A stretch of DNA of 64,000 nucleotides from assembly GCF_016463645.1 (NCBI RefSeq), contig NZ_JAEMQX010000010.1:1165-65164 (forward strand), given 5' to 3'. This document shows positions 18,720 to 27,508 of the stretch, in pieces (positions within the stretch are counted from its first letter, which is position 1; each line of letters starts with the position of its first letter). Origin of the DNA: Sphingopyxis sp. (GTDB lineage Bacteria > Pseudomonadota > Alphaproteobacteria > Sphingomonadales > Sphingomonadaceae). Both the position numbers and the translations under genes were made by a program. Below the pieces are notes generated by a model. The model had not been told where the DNA came from. It worked only from the letters and a program-made list of their open reading frames with translations, and made no database searches.

Positions 18720-20666
18720 ATGCCCCCCGCCCGCCGCTTTCTCTCTCTGCTGATCGCGCTCGCTGCAATCTGCGGCCTCGTCGTGCCGACGGCACAGGCC
18801 CGCACTGATGCCGGCGAAGTCCAGACCATCTGGCGCCTGCTGGACTATGTTGCGGTCGACTATGGTGGAGCGGTCTCGAATGGCGCGGTGACGAGCACGG
18901 TCGAATATGCCGAGATGACCGAGTTTTCCGCCACCGTTCGCAAGGGGATCGAAGCGCTTCCGGTATCCCCGGCGCGGGCTCGCCTTGTCAGTGAAGCGGG
19001 ACAACTCCAGACGGCGATCGCATCGAAGGCGGACCCCGGCAAGGTGGCTGGCCAGGCGCGCGGACTCGCGGCGGACCTCCTCGCCGCCTACCCTGTGCCC
19101 CTCGCGCCGCGCAACGCTCCAGATCCCCGGCGCGGAGCCCAAGTCTATCTGGAAAATTGCGCCAGCTGTCACGGCGCGCGCGGCGATGGCAATGGACCTC
19201 AGGCCAAGGGGCTCGACCCGGCACCTATCGATTTCACCGACGCCGGACGCGCTCGCAAGCGCAGTCTGTTCGCGCTCTATCAGGTGATAGGACAGGGGCT
19301 CGAAGGCACGTCCATGCCCAGTTTTGCCCATTTGCCCTCCGACGACCGCTGGGCGGTAGCAGCCTATGCCGGTGGATTTGCCTTTCGCGACGTCGCAGCC
19401 GGCCGGCGTGTCTGGAACCAGACCCCTGCGGCGCGCGAACTGGTCCCCGACCTGCAAGCCTTCACGAGTCTCAGCCCGGAAGTGCTTGGTCGTGGGCTGG
19501 GATCGGAGCAGGCCGACGCGCTTACCGCCTATTTGCGCTCAGATCCCCAAGCATTGACAACCGCTTCGCCCGCGACGCTTGCGGTTGCCCGTGACAAATT
19601 GGCGCAAAGCCTTGCCGCGTACCGCAAGGGAAATCGGAGCGAGGCAGAGCGTCTCGCGCTGTCCGCCTATCTCGACGGTTTCGAACCGATTGAGCCGATC
19701 CTGACGACGCGCGATTCCGCCCTTATGGCGCAAATCGAATCCGCGATGTCCGATTATCGCGTGTCCATCGCGCGAGGTGTGCCGGTCGATGCGGTCGCGG
19801 GTAAAGCCGCCGCAGTCGAAACCCTTTTCGCCGATGCCGAAGCTGCACTGTCTCCCGATGCAGCCAGCGACGCATCGACCTTTGTCGGGGCGCTTACCAT
19901 CTTGCTGCGCGAGGGTCTCGAAGCGCTTCTGATCATCGTGGCGATGATCGCCTTCTTGCGAAAGGCCGAACGGCCTGAGGTCCTACCCTATGTCCATGGC
20001 GGCTGGATCGCAGCCCTGGCAGCCGGCGGCGCAACCTGGGCAGTCGCGACCTATGCAATCTCGATCAGCGGAGCGAACCGCGAGTTGACAGAGGGATTTG
20101 GCTCGCTTTTCGCCGCAGTCGTTCTCGTCTGGGTCGGCATCTGGATGCACGGAAAGTCACATGCGGAGAGCTGGCAGCGCTATATTCGCGAAGCGATGGG
20201 CAAAGCGCTTTCACGTCGCTCGGCCTGGTTCCTGTTCGGGCTCGCTTTCCTCGTGGTCTATCGGGAAGTCTTTGAGACCATCCTGTTTTTCGCAGCTCTC
20301 GCCGCGCAAGGAAGCCGCAGCGCGATCGCCGCCGGAGCCGGAACCGCAGTGGTGATCCTGGCAGCAATCGCATGGGTCATGCTTCGTTACAGCCGGGTCC
20401 TGCCGATCGGAAGATTTTTCGCTTACAGCTCTTCGCTCATCGCTATCCTCGCGGTTGTCCTGGCCGGCAAGGGCGCGGGCGCGCTACAGGAAGCCGGCCT
20501 CCTCGGCATCACCCCGCTAGCTCATTTTCCCCGCTTCCCGGCGATGGGGATATTTCCTTCGCTCGAACCGTTGTTGCTCCAGCTTCTCGCGCTTGCAATC
20601 CTCTGGATCGGCTATCGTTACAACAGTCGGCAACATCGCCGCATCGAGACAGCGCCCGGTCGATGA
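18720..20666 (+). CDS. Cytochrome c / FTR1 permease fusion (PbrT-like)
   Basis: CASCH heme motif; ILLREGLEA and VYREVFET FTR1 REGxE motifs. Confidence 0.9.
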   Translation: MPPARRFLSLLIALAAICGLVVPTAQARTDAGEVQTIWRLLDYVAVDYGGAVSNGAVTSTVEYAEMTEFSATVRKGIEALPVSPARARLVSEAGQLQTAIASKADPGKVAGQARGLAADLLAAYPVPLAPRNAPDPRRGAQVYLENCASCHGARGDGNGPQAKGLDPAPIDFTDAGRARKRSLFALYQVIGQGLEGTSMPSFAHLPSDDRWAVAAYAGGFAFRDVAAGRRVWNQTPAARELVPDLQAFTSLSPEVLGRGLGSEQADALTAYLRSDPQALTTASPATLAVARDKLAQSLAAYRKGNRSEAERLALSAYLDGFEPIEPILTTRDSALMAQIESAMSDYRVSIARGVPVDAVAGKAAAVETLFADAEAALSPDAASDASTFVGALTILLREGLEALLIIVAMIAFLRKAERPEVLPYVHGGWIAALAAGGATWAVATYAISISGANRELTEGFGSLFAAVVLVWVGIWMHGKSHAESWQRYIREAMGKALSRRSAWFLFGLAFLVVYREVFETILFFAALAAQGSRSAIAAGAGTAVVILAAIAWVMLRYSRVLPIGRFFAYSSSLIAILAVVLAGKGAGALQEAGLLGITPLAHFPRFPAMGIFPSLEPLLLQLLALAILWIGYRYNSRQHRRIETAPGR

Positions 20667-20792
20667 GGGGAATCATCACGGGGTCGGCGCACTCCTCCTT
20701 GGCCGTAAGACGGCTTCCGAAAAGAGCCTCCGAGCCAGAGTGCTTACCCGGCGCCCGTTACGCACACGAGTTAGGCCTGCTATTGCGACCCG

Positions 20793-21482
20793 ATGCCCGA
20801 AACGTCCAACTGGAACGGCCGACTTAGCCTCGGCGACTATCATGCTCTCTGGTCGGGTTCGGTTGGCGATGCCGCCGCGCACCGCCATTTTGCGGCGCAG
20901 GCAGTGTTTTGTGCCGAGCCGCTTACCGTGGTCGATGCTGATGGCGCGCGCCTGTCGGGGCGTTGCTTGCTCATCGAACCCGATACCGTGCACCGGCTGC
21001 TCCCCGCGCCCACGGCTGAATTATGGTTCGTCGAGCCGACAGTGGTCTTCGGTCCGCCGGTAGATCTGAAAGACCGGCTGATCTGCTCCGATCCGATTCA
21101 TGTCGCGCTGCCGGGACAGCGGTCCTTCTGGAAAAACTGGCTCACGCGAGGCGCCCGACCCCCGCTCGATCCGCGCATCACCCGCGCCGCCGCCTCGATT
21201 GACCGCCTGATCCCCATGGGCTCTGTCCGTCTCGCGGCTGTGGCGGAGGAGAGCCGCCTTTCGCTCGGCCGCTTCCGGCATCTCTTTGCCGCCGAGATCG
21301 GCATGCCCTTCCAGCGCTTTGTGCTCTGGCGAAGGTTGATTATCGCCTTCGACGAATTGGGAATGCGCCGCAGCGCGACCGAGGCCGCACACATGGCAGG
21401 GTTCAGCGACAGCGCGCATTTCGCCCGCACGATCAAGGCGATGTTCGGTATCCGGGCAAGCGACCTTTTCATCGAATCATAG
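20793..21482 (+). CDS. AraC-family transcriptional regulator (copy 2)
   Basis: LSLGRFRHLF...GFSDSAHFART double HTH; N-terminal HRHFAAQ. Confidence 0.85.
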   Translation: MPETSNWNGRLSLGDYHALWSGSVGDAAAHRHFAAQAVFCAEPLTVVDADGARLSGRCLLIEPDTVHRLLPAPTAELWFVEPTVVFGPPVDLKDRLICSDPIHVALPGQRSFWKNWLTRGARPPLDPRITRAAASIDRLIPMGSVRLAAVAEESRLSLGRFRHLFAAEIGMPFQRFVLWRRLIIAFDELGMRRSATEAAHMAGFSDSAHFARTIKAMFGIRASDLFIES

Positions 21483-21529
21483 CCTCTCCGTTCAAGCCGG
21501 TGCGTGATCGCGCCTGGTAGAGGCGCATC

Positions 21530-22189
21530 ATGTCAGACGCACACAGAGACTTCGTCCCGGCACTCGGCAAGAGCGGATCGCTCGACCGCTACGATGCCGC
21601 CATAGCCCTCATGACCAGAGAGAAAAGATGGCGAAGCGACTTGCTGCGCTTCGCCGAACCGCGGCCGGGCGAGCGGATCGTCGATATCGGGTGCGGCACG
21701 GGAACCTTTGCGATCGCCCTCAAGCAGGCGGCGCCGGAGAGCATCGTTCTGGCGGTCGATCCCGACCCCGCCGTGCTGGAAATCGCGCGCGCCAAGGCTG
21801 AGGTTGCCGATGCCGAGATTCGATGGTTCGAGGCTATGGGCGACGAGCTGGACGGCATCGACGCACTCCGGCAATGCGACAAGATCGTATCGAGCCTGGT
21901 CCTTCACCAGTGCCCGATGGCCGTTAAGGAAGCGATTGCCGCGCAGATGTTCAGGCTCCTGAGGCCGGGCGGGACCCTTTTCATAGCCGACTATGGCGAG
22001 CAGCGCTCGCTGCTGATGCGCATGCTTTTTCGACAGATCCAGCTGCTCGACGGGTTCGAATATACCGAACCCAACGCTAAGGGCTGCGTCCCGGTGATCC
22101 TTAAAGCCGCGGGTTTCGAGGCGGTCGAAGAGATGAGAGTCATCCCGACGCCGACCGGCTCGATTTCAATCTATGGGGCGAAGCGGTAG
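21530..22189 (+). CDS. Class I SAM-dependent methyltransferase (copy 2)
   Basis: Motif I IVDIGCGTG; LRPGGTLFIADYGEQRS; clear paralog of 5846-6523. Confidence 0.9.
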   Translation: MSDAHRDFVPALGKSGSLDRYDAAIALMTREKRWRSDLLRFAEPRPGERIVDIGCGTGTFAIALKQAAPESIVLAVDPDPAVLEIARAKAEVADAEIRWFEAMGDELDGIDALRQCDKIVSSLVLHQCPMAVKEAIAAQMFRLLRPGGTLFIADYGEQRSLLMRMLFRQIQLLDGFEYTEPNAKGCVPVILKAAGFEAVEEMRVIPTPTGSISIYGAKR

Positions 22190-22216
22190 TTTCTCGCCCG
22201 GCCCGCGCGGTCGCGG

Positions 22217-22522
22217 CTAGCCGCGCCAGTGACGCCCGCGGTGATGGTGGTGCATCCGGCGCTTCTGATAGCGCCGCTCGTAGCGGTCCCGCCGTTCATA
22301 GCGGCGATCATGGCCGCGGTAGTAGGGATCGTAGCCACGATAGCCACGATCATAGCCATAATTGGGCACGCCGTGGCGTGAGGAACGATAGTCGCGGTCA
22401 TGACCACGTGGCGCGTCATGTCCGCGGCTATATCCCCCGCGATCGCCATGGTGCTGGGCAAGCGCTGTTCCGGGGAGCGCGAAGGCGAGCATCGCGGCCG
22501 CGATCGTCATCAGTTTTCGCAT
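22217..22522 (-). CDS. Secreted low-complexity Arg/Gly/Tyr/Asp/His-rich protein
   Basis: Signal peptide ending ALA; repeated RGHD/RGYD/RYERR units; HHHH near the C-terminus; GGAG RBS. Confidence 0.7.
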   Translation of the reverse strand: MRKLMTIAAAMLAFALPGTALAQHHGDRGGYSRGHDAPRGHDRDYRSSRHGVPNYGYDRGYRGYDPYYRGHDRRYERRDRYERRYQKRRMHHHHRGRHWRG

Positions 22523-22713
22523 GTCAGTCTCTCCTTTTCGTGGCGTTCAAAATCCCCCTTCATGTTTGAATGCGCTGTGAATATTGGCTCCGATGCTGCC
22601 GATCGGACGGTGACCCGGCGTCTCCATGCGACAGGCCGATGGCGGGAGAGACAGTATCGCGCCGCATGGTGGGCACCCGTCCCGCGTGGACGAAGCGGGA
22701 CGGGTGCGGGCCC

Positions 22714-23358
22714 TCATTTGCCCTTTGCCGCTACCGCGGCCTGGACTCGGGCCTCGACCTGTTCGGGGCTCGGCTGGACGAGCATCTCGCCATTGACGAA
22801 GAAGGTCGGCGTGCCCCGGACGCCGACCGCACGCGCGTCGGCGATGTCCTGCTCCATCCAGGCCATCGCATCGGTTGTCGGCATCGCGCGCGCCTTCGCG
22901 ACATTGAGGCCGGCCTTCTCGGCGGCCGCCCAGGCACCGTCCATCTTGCCGTCGTGCCATTCGGGCTGCGCTTCGAGCAGGGCGGCCGTCACCGGCTCGA
23001 GCTTGCCCTGGACGCGGGCGGCTTCGAGGATCACGATCGCCTCGGCCGAGCCGGGGTGCAGCGGCAGGTAGCGCATAACGAGACGCACATCCTTGGGATA
23101 TTTGGCAACGATGCCCTTCACCGTGGGATAGAAGGCGCGGCAGGCCTCGCACGACGGGTCGAAAAATTCGACGATGGTGACCGGGGCATTTTTCGGTCCG
23201 ATGATCGGCGAATGCGGGCGAATGAGGCTGTCGACGGGCCCCGCCACGACCTTCTTCGTGGGTTCGCCCTCGGCGGTTCCGCTGTAGAGCATCGCGCCGC
23301 CGGTGAAAGCGAGTGCGGAAACGACAAGCGTGGCCACCACTCCGATGCGTTTGTTCAT
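22714..23358 (-). CDS. dsbA: DsbA-family thiol:disulfide oxidoreductase (BdbD-like)
   Basis: VTIVEFFDPSCEAC; GVRGTPTFFVNG; start corrected to MNKRIG, overlapping the dsbB stop. Confidence 0.85.
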   Translation of the reverse strand: MNKRIGVVATLVVSALAFTGGAMLYSGTAEGEPTKKVVAGPVDSLIRPHSPIIGPKNAPVTIVEFFDPSCEACRAFYPTVKGIVAKYPKDVRLVMRYLPLHPGSAEAIVILEAARVQGKLEPVTAALLEAQPEWHDGKMDGAWAAAEKAGLNVAKARAMPTTDAMAWMEQDIADARAVGVRGTPTFFVNGEMLVQPSPEQVEARVQAAVAAKGK

Positions 23359-23789
23359 GATTTCAGTCTCCTTTGGAAGTTGAGCAAGAGGGTGAGGATG
23401 AGCGCGAACGCGGTCAGCGACGGGAGGGGCAGCGGCACGCCTCCGATTGCCATGCTCTCTCCCGAGCATGATGGACCGCCGGTGCAGGGGACGATCGGGG
23501 CCGGAATGACGCCGACGTAGAGCAGGCTATGATAGAAAGCGACGAGACCACCGCCCGCAGCCAGCGCCAGCCCATAAGGAACGATGGCGCGGTCCGACCT
23601 GAACGCCGCGATGCCGAGAATGATCGCAAGCGGGAACATGAAGCTACGCTGGAACCAGCAGAGGTCGCACGGCGCCTGGCCCATGACCTCGCCGACGAAG
23701 AGGACGGCCAGGCTCGACAGGAGGGCGATTGCCCAGGCCGCGCCGAGCGGACGCCATTTGTGCGGCGCGAGCAGCGGAAAGCTCGTCAT
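23355..23789 (-). CDS. dsbB: Disulfide bond formation protein B (BdbC-like)
   Basis: PCDLCWFQR; second pair PCTGGPSC; four TMs; start corrected to MTSFPL. Confidence 0.88.
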   Translation of the reverse strand: MTSFPLLAPHKWRPLGAAWAIALLSSLAVLFVGEVMGQAPCDLCWFQRSFMFPLAIILGIAAFRSDRAIVPYGLALAAGGGLVAFYHSLLYVGVIPAPIVPCTGGPSCSGESMAIGGVPLPLPSLTAFALILTLLLNFQRRLKS

Positions 23790-24271
23790 CGCCGGCCACC
23801 TTTGAACTTGGACTTGGGCCGTCGCGGCGGCGGTGGCGGCTTGCTGTATTTGGACTTGAGGTAGCTGAGCAGGATGCCGTCGATCGACGCGATCATTCGC
23901 TGGAAGCTGGTCTTGATGCCGGGAAGCCGGAGCCAGGCAAAGGGCCCGCGGCAACGATAGCGGTGAACGAACTTCGTCCCGCTCGCCGTCGGCGTCAGGA
24001 TATAACTCTCCTCGAACTGGAGGATGAAGCTCGGCTTGACGTCGAGTATCAGCTCCTCGCCCGGGCGCGCGGAGAGCACCGCCGCGGAGACTTCGAGAAA
24101 CTTGGGCTTGTGCGGATCCATGCGCATCGAATAGCGGATCGCGATCGGGTCCTCGGCAAGCTGCTCGATCCGGACATAGGGATTCCAGATCCGGTGGTTC
24201 TCGAAATCGCCGAGGACCGCCCATATCTGCTCCGGACTATAGGGGAGGTCATGCTCCCGCTCGAACTCCAT
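23786..24271 (-). CDS. SRPBCC/START-like protein (copy 1)
   Basis: YSPEQIWAVLGDFENHRIWNPY; FEESYILTP...TKFVHRYRC; basic Pro-rich tail. Confidence 0.75.
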   Translation of the reverse strand: MEFEREHDLPYSPEQIWAVLGDFENHRIWNPYVRIEQLAEDPIAIRYSMRMDPHKPKFLEVSAAVLSARPGEELILDVKPSFILQFEESYILTPTASGTKFVHRYRCRGPFAWLRLPGIKTSFQRMIASIDGILLSYLKSKYSKPPPPPRRPKSKFKGGRR

Positions 24272-24284
24272 CAGCTTAACTCCT

Positions 24285-27200
24285 CTATCGATCGGCCGCC
24301 GGGCTTTGCCCCGCGCCGATGTCGGTGACGCCCGCAGGCGATGGGTCGGCGTGCGCGCCGCCCGTCGTGAACCAGCGGCGCAAGCGCGGGACCATCCGGC
24401 GTTCGAAGCCCGCCGCGAGGCTGAAGGACGCCGGCACGATCAGCAGTGTCAGCATCGTCGACAGGATGAGCCCGCCGATCACCGTGACCGCCATCGGCGC
24501 GCGCCATGCGCCGTCGCCGGTGAGCGACAGCGCGGTCGGGATCATGCCCGCGACCATCGCGACCGTGGTCATCAGGATCGGCTGCGCGCGCTTGTGTCCG
24601 GCGTCGACAATCGCCTCGTCGCGCGGCACCCCCGACGCCATTTCCTCGATCGCGAAGTCGACGAGAAGGATGCTGTTCTTGCCGACGATACCGAGCAGCA
24701 TCAGCACGCCGATGAACACGGGAAGCGAGAGCGGATAGCCCGTCAGCAGCAACGCGACCGCCCCGCCGAGCGGGGCGAGCAGAAGCGAGCCCATGTTGAC
24801 GAAGGGCGGGATGATCTTGCGATAGAGTAGGATCAGCACAGCGAGCACGAGAAAAATCCCCGATACGACCGCGATCGCGAAGTTGCGCAGCATCTCGGCC
24901 TGCCACTTGGCGCTCCCGAGTACCAGCCGCGTGACCCCGGCGGGCAGCGCCTTGAGCGCCGGCAGCGCCTCGACCTTGTCCATCGCCTGACCGGTCACGA
25001 GACCCGGAGCCAGGTCGGCCCCGATGGTGAGCTGGCGCACCTGGTTGGTCCGATTGATCTGGGTCGGGCCGGCGCCGAAGCCGATCTCGGCCACAACCGA
25101 GAGCGGCACCGTTCCCCCGTTCCGGGTCGGAACAGGCATATTGCGCAGCGTATCGAGCCGCTCGCGCGCGGTTTCCGCAAGCGCGACGCGCACCGGTATC
25201 TGCCGGTCGGACAGCGAGAATTTCGCGCTATTCTGGTCGATCTCGCCCAATGTCGCGACGCGGATCGACTGGCTGAGCGCCTGCGTCGTCACGCCGAGCT
25301 GCGCCGCGAGCGCGAAGCGCGGGCGAATGACGATCTCGGGGCGCTGAAGATTGCCCTCGACACGCGGCGACCGGATTTCCTTCACGCGGGCCATCTCGGC
25401 AAGCAGCCGGTTGCCGACATCTTCGAGCTTCTTCGGGTCGTCGCTGCCGAGCGTGATCGAGATGTCGCGGCTGCTGCCGCCGCCGCCGCCATGCTGCGAC
25501 TGGAAGTTGATTCGGGCATCGGGAACCTGCGCTAGCCGCGGCGCGCGGTCCTTTTCGAACTCGGTCGAGGTCAGCTCGCGGTCCTTGCGCAATTTCAGAT
25601 AGACCGTCGCCGTGCCGACATCGATCCGCGACAGGGCGGATTCGACGAGCGGGTCGCGCTTCATGAGATCGGTCACCTCGTCGGCCACTGCCTCGGTCTG
25701 TTCGAGCGTTGCGCCCGGGGCGAGCTGGATGGCCACGCGGCTCGTGTCGGAATCGATCGACGGCTGGAAGGTCATCGGGAGCAGCGAGAAGCTGAAAATG
25801 GTCGCAAAGAGCGCCAGCACACCGATGCCGACCACCCAGACGCGATGGTCCTTGATGTAACCGAGCCATTTCCAGCGCCCGCCGCGCGCACGCGCGGCAG
25901 CGGCCCCGCTGGTGTCGAGGCTCCAGCGCAAGATGCGCATATAGGTGTCGATCAGCGGGCCCTCGCCATGCTTTTGCGGACCCTGCGCAGAGAGAAAATA
26001 GGCGGCGAGCATGGGTGTGATCATGCGCGCGACCGCGAGGCTCATCAGCACCGCGGCCACGACCGTCAGTCCGAAATTCTTGAAATATTGCCCGGCGACG
26101 CCCGGCATCAGCCCGACCGGCAGGAACACCGCGACGATCGTCATGGTTGTCGCGAGCACCGCGAGGCCGATCTCGTCGGCCGCATCGATCGAGGCCTGAT
26201 AGGCCGATTTGCCCATCCGCATGTGGCGCACGATATTCTCGATCTCGACGATCGCATCGTCGACCAGCACGCCGGCAACGAGGCTGAGCGCGAGCAAGGT
26301 CATCATGTTGAGCGAGAAGCCCATGAGGTCCATGAACAGGAAGGTCGGGACCGCCGACAGCGGGATGGCGAGCGCCGAGATCAACGTCGCCCGCCAGTCG
26401 CGCAAGAAAAGGAAGACGACGACGACCGCGAGGATCGCGCCCTCGACCATCGCATTGATCGCCGAATGATATTGGCCTTTGGTATATTCGATATCGCTGA
26501 ACAGCTCGGTGAATTTGACCTTGGGGTTTTCCTTCTCGAGTTTTCGCAGCTCCTCGACCGCAGCGTCATAGACGGTCACATCCGAGGCGCCCTTGGCGCG
26601 CTCGAAGCCGAAGGTCAGCACCTGCCGCCCGTCCTGCTTCGAGACCGAGCGCTGCTCGGCGTAGAGATCCTTGACCTCGGCGATATCGGCGAGGCGCACG
26701 GTCCGGTTCGTCCCGACCGAGATTAGCGTTTCGCCGAGCGCGTTGGCGCTGCTCGCGTTCCCGAGGATACGCACCGCCTGCTCGGAGCCCGCGACCTCCA
26801 TCCGGCCGCCGGCCGCATTGACATTGAGCTGGACGAGCTGGGTGTTCACCGCGGCGGCGGTAAGGCCGTAGGCGCGCATGCGTTCGGGGTTGAGGATGAC
26901 GCGGATTTCGCGGCTGACGCCGCCCCGGCGATAGGCGTCGCCCATGCCGGGGACCGCGATCAGCCGCTTCGCGACGACATTGTCGACATACCAGCTCAAT
27001 TCCTCGAGCGTCATATCGGTGGCCGAAGCCGACCAATAGGCAAGCGTGTTGCCCGAGGTAGAGAGGCGGATAACCTGCGGTTCGAGGATGCCGTTCGGCA
27101 GGTTGCTGCGGATCTGGGTGATCTTGTCGCGAATGTCAGTCACCGCCCGGTCGATCGGCGTGCCGATCGCGAACTGGACGAAGGTCTGCGACTGGCCTTC

Positions 27201-27464
27201 GGTAACCGTCGAATTGAGCTCGTCGATCCCCTCGATCGTCCGCACCGCCGCCTCGACACGCTGCGTGACCTGCGTTTCGAGTTCGGTGGGCGCGGCGCCC
27301 GGCTGGGCGATGATGACGATGGCGCCCGGAAAATCGATGTCGGGATCGCTCTGGACCCCCATCATGAGGAAGGAGACGATGCCCGCCACCGTCAGACCGA
27401 AGAACATGACGAGCGGCGGGATCGGGTTCCGGATGGACCAGGCCGAGATATTCTTGAAGTTCAT
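24285..27464 (-). CDS. AcrB/AcrD/AcrF-type RND permease (not HME type), with no adjacent adaptor gene
   Basis: PDIDFP; GVLVDDAIVEIENI; GIVGKNSILLVDF; RAQPILMTT. Confidence 0.92.
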   Translation of the reverse strand: MNFKNISAWSIRNPIPPLVMFFGLTVAGIVSFLMMGVQSDPDIDFPGAIVIIAQPGAAPTELETQVTQRVEAAVRTIEGIDELNSTVTEGQSQTFVQFAIGTPIDRAVTDIRDKITQIRSNLPNGILEPQVIRLSTSGNTLAYWSASATDMTLEELSWYVDNVVAKRLIAVPGMGDAYRRGGVSREIRVILNPERMRAYGLTAAAVNTQLVQLNVNAAGGRMEVAGSEQAVRILGNASSANALGETLISVGTNRTVRLADIAEVKDLYAEQRSVSKQDGRQVLTFGFERAKGASDVTVYDAAVEELRKLEKENPKVKFTELFSDIEYTKGQYHSAINAMVEGAILAVVVVFLFLRDWRATLISALAIPLSAVPTFLFMDLMGFSLNMMTLLALSLVAGVLVDDAIVEIENIVRHMRMGKSAYQASIDAADEIGLAVLATTMTIVAVFLPVGLMPGVAGQYFKNFGLTVVAAVLMSLAVARMITPMLAAYFLSAQGPQKHGEGPLIDTYMRILRWSLDTSGAAAARARGGRWKWLGYIKDHRVWVVGIGVLALFATIFSFSLLPMTFQPSIDSDTSRVAIQLAPGATLEQTEAVADEVTDLMKRDPLVESALSRIDVGTATVYLKLRKDRELTSTEFEKDRAPRLAQVPDARINFQSQHGGGGGSSRDISITLGSDDPKKLEDVGNRLLAEMARVKEIRSPRVEGNLQRPEIVIRPRFALAAQLGVTTQALSQSIRVATLGEIDQNSAKFSLSDRQIPVRVALAETARERLDTLRNMPVPTRNGGTVPLSVVAEIGFGAGPTQINRTNQVRQLTIGADLAPGLVTGQAMDKVEALPALKALPAGVTRLVLGSAKWQAEMLRNFAIAVVSGIFLVLAVLILLYRKIIPPFVNMGSLLLAPLGGAVALLLTGYPLSLPVFIGVLMLLGIVGKNSILLVDFAIEEMASGVPRDEAIVDAGHKRAQPILMTTVAMVAGMIPTALSLTGDGAWRAPMAVTVIGGLILSTMLTLLIVPASFSLAAGFERRMVPRLRRWFTTGGAHADPSPAGVTDIGAGQSPAADR

Positions 27465-27508
27465 CCTCTCTCCCCCTTCCGGTTCGATCCCACCGCGACT
27501 GTGCGCCC

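Noticed and set aside
20664-20690. TGAGGGG after the FTR1 gene (also CGAGGGG at ~37711) as extra ECF promoters
   Set aside because: No GCGTAT -10 element at the 13-bp spacing
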